Positions 1 to 13,107 are shown, counted from the stretch's first letter. The stretch: 44,214 nucleotides of DNA from Octopus bimaculoides (GCF_001194135.2 NC_068981.1:116322254-116366467); one strand, 5' to 3'. Program-made: numbers and translations. The notes: a model not told the origin generated them from the letters alone.

Positions 1-19
1 ATATATGAGTGTACGTGTA

Positions 20-31
20 TCTATCTGCCTG

Positions 32-105
<74 letters not shown>

Positions 106-201
106 ATTCTGTCTGTTTCTGGTTTGTTTATGTCTCTTTGTCAGTCTGTGTGACTGCCTGTGGTCTGCCTGTCTCCCTATCTGCCTATCTCCGTATCAGC
201 C

Positions 202-247
<46 letters not shown>
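20..247. repeat. Compound (TCTA)n/(TCTG)n microsatellite
   Basis: Read directly from the sequence; explains ORFs 5..250 and 9..371 (IYLS/VCLS repeats). Confidence 0.97.
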
Positions 248-248
<1 letters not shown>

Positions 249-1011
249 AATTATGTATGTATGTATGCATGGACGTATGTATATATGATCAGTAAGACAT
301 CAAAAAGGCTGGTGTTTGGCTGCATATTATGTAGTAAAACCGATAAAAGAAGCGTACAGTGGACTTGCTGAGAGAAGTGGAGAATCCAACATTTTTAGAC
401 AATGTCCTTCTACAAAGAAAAGTTGAAAAGATAAAAGTAAATGAGAGATAATAGAATTTGAGCGAGCGTTGTTTTTTGTTTTTCACCCACATGCTCATAG
501 TTCATTAAGCCCTTGTCTTTCTACTCTCCTCCCAATTCATTTAAATCTCAACTGCCTCTCCTCTTTCTATTACTCTTTCCTTCTTTTTTTCTCACCTTGT
601 TTCTTCTACCACTTTCTGTTAACGGATGAAGCTAACCTAGTTCTGCTCTGCTTATCTGTTGCAGCCAGTTTCTTAACATTGCTGTTTTTCATTATTGTCT
701 CTCTTTTCAACTTTTCCTGGAAGTAAGATACTGTCCGAAACGTTGGATCTTTCACTCCTCACGGAATATTTCAAGAATATCTTTATGGTGTCTTTTATTT
801 ATCAGAATTGTTTCTGGATCTTGTTCAAAACGGGGGCACCAGTTTTCATTTATGTTTTATGTAGTGTTTTTGGTACCGAAAGACTTTCAAACTTCGTATA
901 TTCGAATTTATTTCATGTAAAAAATTGTCTTATTTCGATAATTTCTACTAATCACTGACGTCTATTCAGTTGAAAACAGTTAGCGCTGTAACGATGTATA
1001 TCGTATTAATC

Positions 1012-1108
1012 CCCTAACCCTAACTAGACTGTTAACCCTAACCCTAACTAGACTGTTAACCCTAACCCTAACCCTAACACCTAACCCTAAAACTAACCCT
1101 AACTCTAG
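1012..1108 (+). repeat. Interstitial telomere-like (CCCTAA)n tract with a 24-bp tandem duplication
   Basis: ccctaaccctaactagactgttaa twice (1012-1035, 1036-1059), then ccctaa x3 and degenerate hexamers. Confidence 0.85.
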
Positions 1109-1548
1109 AATCCGAACTCTAAAATTGTTACACACATAGATACGCACAGCGTAATTTATTATATAAACAATATATGCGNNNNNNNNNNNNNNNNNNNNNN
1201 NNNNNNNNNNNNNNNNNNNNNNNNNNNNNNNNNNNNNNNNNNNNNNNNNNNNNNNNNNNNNNNNNNNNNNNNNNNNNNNNNNNNNNNNNNNNNNNNNNNN
1301 NNNNNNNNNNNNNNNNNNNNNNNNNNNNNNNNNNNNNNNNNNNNNNNNNNNNNNNNNNNNNNNNNNNNNNNNNNNNNNNNNNNNNNNNNNNNNNNNNNNN
1401 NNNNNNNNNNNNNNNNNNNNNNNNNNNNNNNNNNNNNNNNNNNNNNNNNNNNNNNNNNNNNNNNNNNNNNNNNNNNNNNNNNGATCCTTGTTTCTTTTTG
1501 TTTTTTTTATGCATAATTATACATATGTATGTATGTTTATGTATATAG

Positions 1549-1652
1549 GTGAGTGAGTGAGTGAGTGAATGAGTGAGTGAGTGAGTGAGTGAGTGAGTGA
1601 GTGAGTGAGTGAGTGAGTGAATGAGTGAGTGAATGAGTGAGTGAGTGAGTGT
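1549..1652. repeat. (GAGT)n microsatellite
   Basis: Read directly from the sequence. Confidence 0.97.
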
Positions 1653-2577
1653 ATGTAACATATGCAGCCCATTCTTTTTTTTAGCCACATGCATATTTTC
1701 TCCTCGATATTATTGTCCTCGTATTATTTTGGTATTTGTCCAGAGTTTACATCTATGGCAGAGTACACACAAAAACTGAAACAAGACATAAGTGATTGTT
1801 GATAGAATATTTAGTTACTCTGTCTTACGCATATTTCACAATGGAGGATTATTAGTTATATAATGTCAATTACATAGTCAAAGCCAGTGTCAAATATTCA
1901 GAGAAATGTATACTTTACAAGTAACATTCACACGAAAGATGGTATTACTAAATATTTTATAAACAATGATTCATACTTTACTTTATATGTGTGTGCGTGC
2001 ATTTGTGCAAGTGTGTATGCGCGTTTATGTGTGCGTGAAAATATGTTTGCAGTATACACCTCAATTATGATGTATGACAGAAGAAGCCAGGTAAGGATAG
2101 CATGTCTCTTCCCCAAGGATGATATTCAAAGGCGTGAAACGTTCCATGCATTTAAGAGGCGCATGCATTCCTGTATGTTCTCGACCATCACGTGGTATCA
2201 GATTCAGTCCAACTGCGTGTTACTGTGTACAAGTATAATCCTGGAGGAACAATGCCTTCTGAGTTCTGACTCAATTTGGTACATAGAAACATGCGAAAGC
2301 TATCGTGCGTGTATGTGTGGTTGTACATATATATATANNNNNNNNNNNNNNNNNNNNNNNNNNNNNNNNNNNNNNNNNNNNNNNNNNNNNNNNNNNNNNN
2401 NNNNNNNNNNNNNNNNNNNNNNNNNNNNNNNNNNNNNNNNNNNNNNNNNNNNNNNNNNNNNNNNNNNNNNNNNNNNNNNNNNNNNNNNNNNNNNNNNNNN
2501 NNNNNNNNNNNNNNNNNNNNATATATTGTGAGAGTTATGGGGAGAGAGAAGTGGGATAAGGATACACACACACACGT

Positions 2578-2623
<46 letters not shown>

Positions 2624-3853
2624 AACATTTTGTTTCTAGTTTCTTTCACAGTTGTTTTCGAAAAAGACTAGTCGTTATGTTTCGGACAAATGTTTAACAA
2701 AAGAGACATTATACAATAGTATATGTAGTATAAAACAGATATAGACTTGATATATTGGGCAGAAACTATACCTATCTCAGAATATCTTTTCAATCAGCAA
2801 TGCCAACGCGTTTTTGAAGCAGAGGCCGGTTAAATACAAGAGAATTTATCCACAGTCTAGAGGATCACACGCATAACAAAACACAACAAAGTGCATGACA
2901 TAATTATTTATTACGTGTATAATACATATATATATTACATTTATAATACAAAAAATATGCAAAAGCACACTGCATTCAATAAAATATAAATAAAATTTTG
3001 AATGTTATTCTTTGTGTAATGCCCAGTAGCAAATGATTCACACACGGACCAGTTGCAGGGGAAGCCTGGTTTAGATAACATATGCACTTCGCACTTATAG
3101 GACAAAGAAATTCGAGTAATTCCACACCTCTTTCAGAATGTATTTTGTTCCTAGCCTACAGCTGTAAAACGAACATCGAAATAGCATGGATTTCAGTTGT
3201 AAAAGCAAAGGCATGCAGCAGTCGTGGTAGTCACTATCATATATATACAACTGGAAAATTTAACATAGCCACATCCTAAACAGACGAAAATAAACCTCAA
3301 TGTGCTTACGTATGAAGAAATATAACTTCAAGATTTCGACCATTTTCATGTTTCATGGTATTTTAAAACTGCAACTGGACGACGCTTGAGGAGACATATA
3401 GAAGAAGCAAAAATATCGACATTAAAACGAACTGCAAAAATTTGAAATATTGAATACAGCCCAGCGCACTCGATAAAATGTGTCTTCGATATTGAACTAA
3501 AAGACGCATGGAATACTATAAAATCCAAAAGAGAAAATCGATCCCAAGCTCACTGTCGAATTTTGATACAAAAGAAAGTACAGTTGTCTCCACTACCATT
3601 TCTTTAATGCATGTTCTGGTTATCGTCGAACATAGCTAGCTCAATGCTGATATGTTCGGGAACCATAAAACAACGGTAGGGTTCATCATACGAAATGATA
3701 TTATTCTCTCGTCAACTACACAATATACGCATGTTTGTACAGATGAATGTATGTATGTAATTTGTGTGTATGAAATGAATGTATAGACACACACATTATA
3801 TATATATACATACATACACACACACACACGCATATATAACATAAATAATATAT

Positions 3854-3888
<35 letters not shown>

Positions 3889-4356
3889 NNNNNNNNNNNN
3901 NNNNNNNNNNNNNNNNNNNNNNNNNNNNNNNNNNNNNNNNNNNNNNNNNNNNNNNNNNNNNNNNNNNNNNNNNNNNNNNNNNNNNNNNNNNNNNNNNNNN
4001 NNNNNNNNNNNNNNNNNNNNNNNNNNNNNNNNNNNNNNNNNNNNNNNNNNNNNNNNNNNNNNNNNNNNNNNNNNNNNNNNNNNNNNNNNNNNNNNNNNNN
4101 NNNNNNNNNNNNNNNNNNNNNNNNNNNNNNNNNNNNNNNNNNNNNNNNNNNNNNNNNNNNNNNNNNNNNNNNNNNNNNNNNNNNNNNNNNNNNNNNNNNN
4201 NNNNNNNNNNNNNNNNNNNNNNNNNNNNNNNNNNNNNNNNNNNNNNNNNNNNNNNNNNNNNNNNNNNNNNNNNNNNNNNNNNNNNNNNNNNNNNNNNNNN
4301 NNNNNNNNNNNNNNNNNNNNNNNNNNNNNNNNNNNNNNNNNNNNNNTATATATATA

Positions 4357-5487
4357 TGGTGCCCTTTCTGAGGAAACTGATATCCTAAGAGGCATGCCCC
4401 AGGAAACTGTTCTAGGGTCATTGCTGTACATAATAGCCCTGTTAGCCATGCCCACAGTCACACGGACAGCCACTGTCACTAGCTATGTCTATGATACAAA
4501 ATTATCACAGGCAATAAAAACTCCAAGCTTACAACGTAACATGAATTCGATATACAAATGGACCGAAATAAACAACATGCAGTTTAATGCGTGAAAATTT
4601 CAAGCACTGCACTATCAACTCACGAATGCAGTACAGCCTACATATATAGGACACGAAGGCACTACAATCCCAGAGTCACAGACATTGAAAAACTTGCGGA
4701 TCAGTATGTGCAATGACACATCATTTTATAAGCACGCTACCAAGATGCAGCAAAGTGTAGACAACTGGCAGGATGGATACTGAGGTCTTTCAAGACAAGA
4801 GACCAAGAAACTATGTTCACACTGTGGAGAACCTTTGTTCTCAGCCGCCTGGACTACTCCCCCCAGGCATGCTCACCACATAGTGTCAAACCAACAGCGA
4901 AGCTTGAAGCAGTTCAAAGCCACTACACGAAAAAGATTGAAACCGTGCAGCGGATGAGCTACAGCGATAGGCTAAGAAAACTGCAACTTTACTTCCTGGT
5001 GCGAAGGCATGAGAGATTTTCAATAATCTACACAAGGAAAATACTGGAAGGACTAGTACCTAATTTCGACGTTGATTATTATACAAATGTCAGAACTGGT
5101 CGCCATTGTATTGTAACAAAGGTACCATCAACTCCATCTAAATTCAGGGCCAGGTACTGCAATAGCCTAGGATTCTAATGCCCACAGCTCTTCAATGTCC
5201 TGCCACCAAAATTAAGAAATCTGAATGAGGTGGAAGTAGATGTCATAAAAAAGGAACTAGAATCCTCCTCTCCGCAATATTGGATGAACCAACAGCCCGA
5301 CATGAGGTGCAGACGAGAGTAGCAGAATCAAACTCCTTTATACACCAAATCGGCCAACAGCGGGGCCAAAGGCACAGACAGGAGTGGTGAAGTGAAACAC
5401 CCCATATTGAGGAAATAAAAAAGACCACGGTGGTGCTCCAGCATGAAGGCAGCCGGATGCCTGAAATGAGTAAAAGAATAAAAGAAT
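4357..5487 (+). mobile_element. CR1/L2-group LINE, 3' part of reverse transcriptase ORF plus 3' UTR, decayed
   Basis: GMPQETVLGSLLYIIALL (RT motif GVPQGxVLGPLLF), SYVYDTK (YADD-equivalent), TFVLSRLDYS...KLEAVQSHYTKKI...SYSDRLRKLQLY..RRHER typical of CR1 C-terminus; stops and frameshifts present; 5' side lost in a gap. Confidence 0.9.
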
Positions 5488-5639
5488 ATGTGTGTGTGTG
5501 TTAGGGGTGATAGGGGTTGGGTGGGGCATAATGAGTATGATAATTGCATATTTGACTTTGTGAAAAAATAAATGCTATTGTTCATTACCTTACAATAACT
5601 ATATCAGTTAAGCAAATGCATTAAAAACATTATAACATA

Positions 5640-6070
5640 ATCTGAAAACTATATCAGAAGCACTGCTTCAGAAAATTATCTTCCTCTTTGAGCATGTAAA
5701 TAACAAATTTAGTCGGTGCAAAATGAGTAAGATAAAAAGATAAAATAAGATAAATTTGCCTCTTCAATTCTCCGGAAATACATTTGAAAAAAGATTCATG
5801 CACATCAATATCCATCCTTAGACATAAGAAAAATCAGAAATGCAAAAAATTGGAAAAGGATCATTGCAAAATGAAATGACACTTGATATGAAATTCATGA
5901 AACACGGCTAAATCTAAAGTCGCAACATGAAATATTCTTAATACCTTCTTTATGATCTTCTAGAATGGCGCTCGTCATCATTTGTTTTCGCACCATGCAA
6001 TCAAAGAGAACAAATTATGGAAATTAGTCCTTACTCATTTTGCTCCAGTTTAGACATCATATTGCTAGGG
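5640..6070 (-). mobile_element. Possible highly decayed mariner transposase fragment
   Basis: Minus-strand HGAKTNDDERHSRRS resembles mariner TxDxERSGRP and HFAPTKFVIYMLK resembles xLAPSDFxLFxxLK; no TIRs found. Confidence 0.3.
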
Positions 6071-6784
6071 CAAAAATTGTTAAACATCACAAGTTATTCA
6101 GATACTTATATGCGCAACCTCAATTACAATCGGGTCTAAGTTGACGAAAAATTTATTGTGACCTATGTTTCAGGCTCTCTCAGCTTCCATACCAACAGGT
6201 ATGGTGACCAACTTTTACTCCAAAAGTGGGTGCAACAGTACAAGTGATGATGCAATACTTGTAATGAAAAGGTTTGGAACATGGAGGGAGGAAATAACTA
6301 GAACTCTGAACGTACTCATTTTTCCCCATTTACAAATTTTGTCACTCCTCATATACATACATACAAACATACATACATATATATATATATGTATATATGC
6401 ATATATATATATATATACACACACACACATATGCATGCATGCATACATATATATATATAATGTATATATATATACATATATATATANNNNNNNNNNNNNN
6501 NNNNNNNNNNNNNNNNNNNNNNNNNNNNNNNNNNNNNNNNNNNNNNNNNNNNNNNNNNNNNNNNNNNNNNNNNNNNNNNNNNNNNNNNNNNNNNNNNNNN
6601 NNNNNNNNNNNNNNNNNNNNNNNNNNNNNNNNNNNNNNNNNNNNNNNNNNNNNNNNNNNNNNNNNNNNNNNNGAATCAGTTGAATTAGGTACTTAAATTG
6701 AAGCACCGCGTTAGGTCGGAATATTATGTAAATATATATTAGTACCTTATATATCCCCATCAGCCCAAAATTTGGGAAACTTGA

Positions 6785-6838
<54 letters not shown>

Positions 6839-7029
6839 GTTAAATGTAAGTTAAAATTAAGGTTTAGATAGCATGTATGAAAAAGCAGTAACCAAACCTT
6901 GTTTGGATAAGCCCCAGCTAGTGTGCCTTCCGAGTACGTTCACCACTTATGTCTACCAGGCATCATTCGTGGCACTGTGCTTTCGTCACTGGATCTACGT
7001 AATGAATTCCTAGGTGCAAGCTCAGTATA

Positions 7030-7478
7030 TTCTAAATGATTGTTACGAAAGACGGAGTGTAAGTAAAAGCTTTAATTAGCACGACAATCGTTTCGGCTGT
7101 CTTCTGCTCTGCTTCCTGGTGGGTGGGGAAACAATTTAATGACATCAGATGCATCTTGCAGTGGGAAGAAGCTTCATCAGGTGACATAATAGGCTTCAAA
7201 GTTATAAGACCTTCATTTTGCTCCAAGGTAGATTGTGGTGTCAAGGTATTATGGGGGATAAACTATAATACTACCATCTAGTTCGGAGTGAAATGTAAAT
7301 CTTATAACATTTAAAGCCTATTACATCAAACAATGAGGCTCCTTTGCATTGCATGATGCATAGGATATCATTAAATCGTCCCCACCCACCAGGTAACGGT
7401 GTAGAAGCCAACAGAAAGAATTGTTGTGCTAAGTAAAGCTTCTATCCACACTCTGTCTTTCGTGTCAATCATTTAGAA
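7030..7478. mobile_element. Old foldback/MITE-like element with about 190-bp diverged inverted arms and TA flanks
   Basis: ta|ttctaaatgattg... at 7030 is the reverse complement of ...caatcatttagaa|ta ending 7478; arms align throughout (e.g. cctggtgggtgggga vs tccccacccaccagg), roughly 70-75% identity by eye. Confidence 0.8.
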
Positions 7479-7846
7479 TACGTACACACATACATACATA
7501 CATACATACATACATACATACATACATACATACTGAACAGACTTTTAACTTGAGCCACTGCACCCGTATCTGTATGGCCCGCATAGACTTCCTCAGCGCT
7601 GAGCGTCCTCGCAGACAACTTGGACCAGCCTCTTCTTAAACTTCGTTCTGGAAACCGAGCCAAGATAAAGAAGAATATACATACATACTTTTACATAAAT
7701 GCATAAGTACGCACATCCATACTTACAGTCTAGTTTGTATGTGTATGTGTAAGTATTTCCAGGTGAATGCAAATGTATTTAACAGAAGGACATATTGACA
7801 ACAACCTTTACATTTTTCCCCGTGAAAATATATAAGGTAATCGATT

Positions 7847-8370
7847 GAAACATTTAAGATAAAGACAGGCAATCGCGTTGGATAAAGATTTGTTAATATA
7901 TTTGATGTTTTGTTATTTTACACCAACTGTTCTTCGAGCGCAAGTCAAGATTCAAACAATGTGGAAACAAAGGAAGTATAGGGAAGTGCAAAAGTAGCTC
8001 TTAAACGATAGCGTGGAGACAGACAAGATGCTTTATATATGTATGTATATATATATATATATATATGTAAGTATGCATGTAGGTATGTATGTATATGTAT
8101 ACATGTATATATATATATACATATATATGTATGTNNNNNNNNNNNNNNNNNNNNNGAAACATTTAAGATAAAGACAGGCAATCGCGTTGGATAAAGATTT
8201 GTTAATATATTTGATGTTTTGTTATTTTACACCAACTGTTCTTCGAGCGCAAGTCAAGATTCAAACAATGTGGAAACAAAGGAAGTATAGGGAAGTGCAA
8301 AAGTAGCTCTTAAACGATAGCGTGGAGACAGACAAGATGCTTTATATATGTATGTATATATATATATACA
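7847..8370 (+). repeat. About 210-bp identical direct duplication flanking a 21-N gap (probable assembly artefact)
   Basis: 7847-~8060 equals 8156-~8370 with no visible differences before the TA tract, on either side of the gap. Confidence 0.85.
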
Positions 8371-8420
8371 TATATACATGTATATAGGTAAGTAGAGTTA
8401 GCGATGTATATGTATATATA

Positions 8421-9692
8421 TCAGGTCATTAAGAATGAAATGTCCGATTTTGAACTAAAAGTTTATTTGATTTACCTCAACGAAAAGCAATGCAGTTAAT
8501 CAAAGTATGCACCTAAATAATCAACACAATTTTGCCATTTTATCGGTAGCATATTTATGCAAGCAATGAAGAATTCAAGAGAGCAAGAGATGATGAAATC
8601 ACGAAAGGCTCTTTTTGCATCTTCTTCAGATTTGAAGTTTTTTACTTGCAAAAAGTTTTCTAATACCTGGAAAACATGATAGCCGATTGGTGCAATGTCT
8701 GGTGAATATTGTAGATGATAGAGTTCATTCAAGTTCAGTTCCTATAACTTGAGTAGCGTTCTTTGTGAAACATGTCATCGCGAATTGGCCGGTGTTTATT
8801 GACCGATCTCGGTTGTTTAATTGCAAGTTTACTCATCATCTCATCTAATTGGTTGATGTATACATCCGCTGGAATTGTCTTAACAGGTCTCATGAAGCTG
8901 TAGTGGATGGCACCAGCACTGGACAACCAAACAGATGCCAGTAGCCTTTTTTTTGGTGAATATTCTTTTTTGGATTGTGCTTTGGTACTTCGTCTCTATC
9001 AAACAACCTTGCAGACCGTTTGCTATATTTGAAAATAATCCATTTTTCATTACACGTAAGAATACGAAACAAAAATGGTTCGCTTTTATACTGTGACAGC
9101 AAAGAACAGCAAGTTTCAAGACGACATGTCATCTGATTCTCGTTCAATTCTTGTGGTACCCACTTGTCCAGCTTCTTTACCTTGCCGATTTGTTTCATAT
9201 GGTCCGATAATTTTGGAATCGAAACATCAAACCTTGTTGCAACCTCACGCGTAATTTGATATTTATCTGCTTCTACTACATTTTCCAGCTCGTCATTATC
9301 CACCTTGGTCTCATGTCTACCATGGGGATGATTTTCAAAAGTAAAGTCATCAGACCAGAACATCTTAAGATATCGACGTACAGTGTGCTAAATCGCCACA
9401 TCTTCACCAAAAAATTCATTGAGTTTTCGAGCTGTCCGGGGTGCATTGGTTCTCCGAAGGAACTCACATTCATAAACAACATGAATTTTTGGTCTATGCC
9501 TGGGTTCACAAAAATTTACAAGATTTACAAGAGAAAATTCACAATATAATCAGACATCATGCATTGCATTTCGAAAAGTCATGTAACTCATCAATGCTGC
9601 AAAACAAAAAATTGTCAGGATAAAACATTAGAGTTAACGACTGTCAAATTTGGTGCGTAAGAAAACCCAATATTCCATTCTTAATAACCTGA
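8421..9692 (-). mobile_element. Full-length (1272 bp) mariner transposon, transposase pseudogene
   Basis: Imperfect TIRs tcaggtcattaagaatgaaat / attccattcttaataacctga with TA on both sides; motifs KLDKWVPQEL (WVPHEL), LTCNEKW (TxDEKW with D to N), YSPDIAPIGYH (YSPDLAPSDYH with D to G); frameshifted. Confidence 0.95.
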
Positions 9693-9696
9693 TACA

Positions 9697-9752
<56 letters not shown>

Positions 9753-9964
9753 AATAAGTATAAGATCGGTATTTAAAATATTGATCTTATCAAGTGGTCA
9801 GCATGGGAATAAAAACCATCAAAGGTAATAATTATTTAAAATTATAATACAGGGTATCAAGAGATACCACCACGCTGAAAAAATAGCAGTCAAATCCTGA
9901 CTCACACTAGATAAAACCGGGGAATTTAGATGTTGACATCCCTTTAAGGAGTATATAAACGACG

Positions 9965-11167
9965 CACAAACATGAGAGAAGTGAATAGACACCATTATAC
10001 GCGTTAAAATTAATTTTAATCTGAAAGTATACATTCAAATTGTTTATCAATTATTATAATATGAATATCTAATACTCAGTAGACATGCTCTTTACATTTT
10101 TCAATGCAAGGATCGTATTGGCCATACTACTGCTCCGATAACGAATATTCTCTTGAGGAATTTGCTGCCAAGTTTCATGAAGTAATGTCAAAAGATCTGG
10201 CCTTGAGTATGCTTTGTTGTTTTTTTTTATAAAGTGTTCTGCTCCTTGAGACCCAGGGGTGTTCAATAGGGTTCATATCTGGTGACAGGCTTGGCCACGG
10301 GAGCTTTTTCATGCCATTCTATTCCAACCAACCTTGGGTCATTTAGCCGTGTGACAAGGAGTCCCAACTTCCATAAATAAAGAGTATACTTTAATGTTTT
10401 CACCTTTGGAAAAGATTGGAAGGAATCGTTTCTAATATGGACACATATTTATTTGAGTTTATGTTTCCCTCACACTCCACCAGTTCTGATCAACCATTGC
10501 TCTAAATTGCTCCCCAGACCATCACAGAATAGCTGCCGTGTTTCATTGTCAAATTCTTGATCACAGTCTCCAGCCCCACACTCGATCACTGTCAGTAAAT
10601 ACAGAAATTTTGGACTCATCAGAGAATATGACAGTGTCCAAATGCTAGTGGTCTCTTCATCATTTCACTAGCCCAATCTTTTCTCCTCTTGATATTAGCT
10701 GGTTGAAGAAGTGGCTTCCTTCCTGCTGCTCTGCCATAGTTGCCCAGTTTGTGGAGATACTTGACAGGTGTTCTGGGACTGAGATCAACTTGTTCTGCTA
10801 TGTCAGAGGACTTGCAATAAGAATTATCCTCGACACTTCTCTTAACAATGGGAAGGGTTCTGTCAGAAGGCCCTTGTCGACATAGGCCCAGTAATGTGGA
10901 CACCTTCCCATCCTGGTTGAATTACACACACACACTCTATTAACGGTAGATAGTGGAAACTAGATCCACCTTGAGATGGACTCATAATACAGCCCCTTAG
11001 AAATTCGGACAGTTCCAAGCCTTGTTTTGTATGTGGCATGATTAAACAGTCAAATTTAGAACCTGATCCAAAAATATGTCAATTAAGAAAAAGTATAAAC
11101 ATTTTCAAGTAAAAATATGCATAAAAAGATGTTTATGTGGTACCTATTTACTTCTGTCATGTCTGTG
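9965..11167 (-). mobile_element. Tc1-family transposon (about 1.2 kb), transposase pseudogene
   Basis: About 29-bp imperfect TIRs cacaaacatgagagaagtgaatagacacc / ggtacctatttacttctgtcatgtctgtg followed by TA; start MPHTKQGLELSEFLRGCI at 11039; AAGRKPLL, FSDESK, PCHTAK and WPSLSPDMNPIE motifs of DD34E transposases. Confidence 0.9.
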
Positions 11168-11577
11168 TACATATATATACATATACACATGTATGTACGG
11201 TATGTATGTTCGTATATGTAATTATAAACAAAACGAACACTACGAGCATTCTTTTTAATGCAATAATTTATAACTGATTCATCTGAATTCGATCTCATAT
11301 GCAATAATATATGCAGGTATCGATTACACTCCTACTGGCATTAATGCATAATATCGCAAGATAGATGCGATTGAATTCAAAGGAAAGAATTGTAATTTAA
11401 TATATTAAACATTTGTTGCTTTCTTCATTCTTCTTGTATCTAATTATAAAATCCCTATGTATATTTGTGGATTTTCAGATATTTGTTAATAAAACACAAA
11501 CTTCAATTTTCCGTCTTCCCACATGGATAATCTTAATAGGGTGAACTCCAAGGCTAATATCCGAATGAAATTAGTAT

Positions 11578-11619
<42 letters not shown>

Positions 11620-11978
11620 ATATATGTATATATATATGCGTATATATGTATATATATATANNNNNNNNNNNNNNNNNNNNNNNNNNNNNNNNNNNNNNNN
11701 NNNNNNNNNNNNNNNNNNNNNNNNNNNNNNNNNNNNNNNNNNNNNNNNNNNNNNNNNNNNNNNNNNNNNNNNNNNNNNNNNNNNNNNNNNNNNNNNNNNN
11801 NNNNNNNNNNNNNNNNNNNNNNNNNNNNNNNNNNNNNNNNNNNNNNNNNNNNNNNNNNNNNNNNNNNNNNNNNNNNNNNNNNNNNNNNNNNNNNNNNNNN
11901 NNNNNNNNNNNNNNNNNNNNNNNNNNNNNNNNNNNNNNNNNNNNNNNNNNNNNNNNNNNNNNNNNNNNNNNNNNNNNN

Positions 11979-12014
<36 letters not shown>

Positions 12015-12368
12015 ATATATATGTATATATATGGTTCATCAACACTGCCGATGTATGTACGTTATACGTATGCTTATTTCGAGCGGACAAATGCGTCAAA
12101 AATACACTTAAACCAAAATGTGAAAGCAAGGAAATTTATTTTGTTAGTACATTTCATGTACCAAATATTACGTACTTTACACCACTTTATGACATCTATG
12201 TGTGTGGTGGGAGCATATATTTAAATATATGCATGTATGAATGTGTATTCATATACAAAGAGAGTGAGAGAGAGAGAGAGAGAGGGAGAGAGAGAGAGAG
12301 ATACATATACATATATATATATATATATATATACATATATACTGCTGTATGTACATACACACACATTA

Positions 12369-12419
<51 letters not shown>

Positions 12420-12482
12420 CATAACTACATATATACTTTCATACATACATACGTACGTATATATATGTACATGCTTGCGTAC

Positions 12483-12513
<31 letters not shown>

Positions 12514-12802
12514 TATATGTGTATGTATATATATTTATATTTATATGTATGTGTGTATGTATGTATTAATGTATATATATATATATGAGATCAATTATAT
12601 GAACAGTATTATTGTTACACATCTACTGTGGTCCAAGAGTGTCGGAATGATCTCGGAATTTGGAGATCCTGAAGCAGAAAGAAGAAAAATATTTGAACAG
12701 AGTATTTATAGAATAACCAATGATGTAATGGAATAAAATAAAAATATAATATCTACCTTTGATGTTTAGTCATTTATTTCTCTACTTTAACAATTTTTTG
12801 TT

Positions 12803-13107
12803 GTTGTTGTTTGTTCCTTCTCGAACCATGCCTGGCTCATAAGCGCCGGTTTCCCGGTTTCGCTGACGCATAGGTTCCCTAAATGGACAGGACGCCGGTC
12901 CGTCGCAGATGAGCTGCAAGATCGAGGAGGAAAGAGTGAGAGAAAGTTATGGCGAAAGATTCAGCAGAAGCTTGTCGTTACCTTCTGCCGTAGCCGCATG
13001 GTGCTTAAGTGTTTCGCCCATAAACACACACATTATCCTGTCTAAGATTCGAATCCGCGATCCCTCGACTCTGAGTCTGCTGCTCTAACCAGTAGGCCAT
13101 GTGGCTC
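12803..13107 (-). mobile_element. tRNA-derived SINE (family 1)
   Basis: Minus-strand head gagccacatggcctactggttagagcagcagactcagagtcgagggatcgcggattcgaatct has A-box (TGGCCTACTGG) and B-box (GATTCGAATCT) like motifs, followed by a GC-rich body. Confidence 0.8.

Noticed and set aside
3312-3446. 44-codon ORF MKKYNFKISTIFMFHGIFKTATGRRLRR... as a neuropeptide-like precursor
   Set aside because: Weak signal peptide, no recognisable mature peptide and no promoter or splice support.
7847-8370. Exact 210-bp direct repeat as an LTR pair or biological tandem duplication
   Set aside because: Identical copies directly flank a 21-N gap and both end in the same TA tract, the classic signature of overlapping contig ends.
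13040-13107. tRNA gene
   Set aside because: The tRNA-like head has disrupted stems and continues into a SINE body; the same applies to the family 2 heads.
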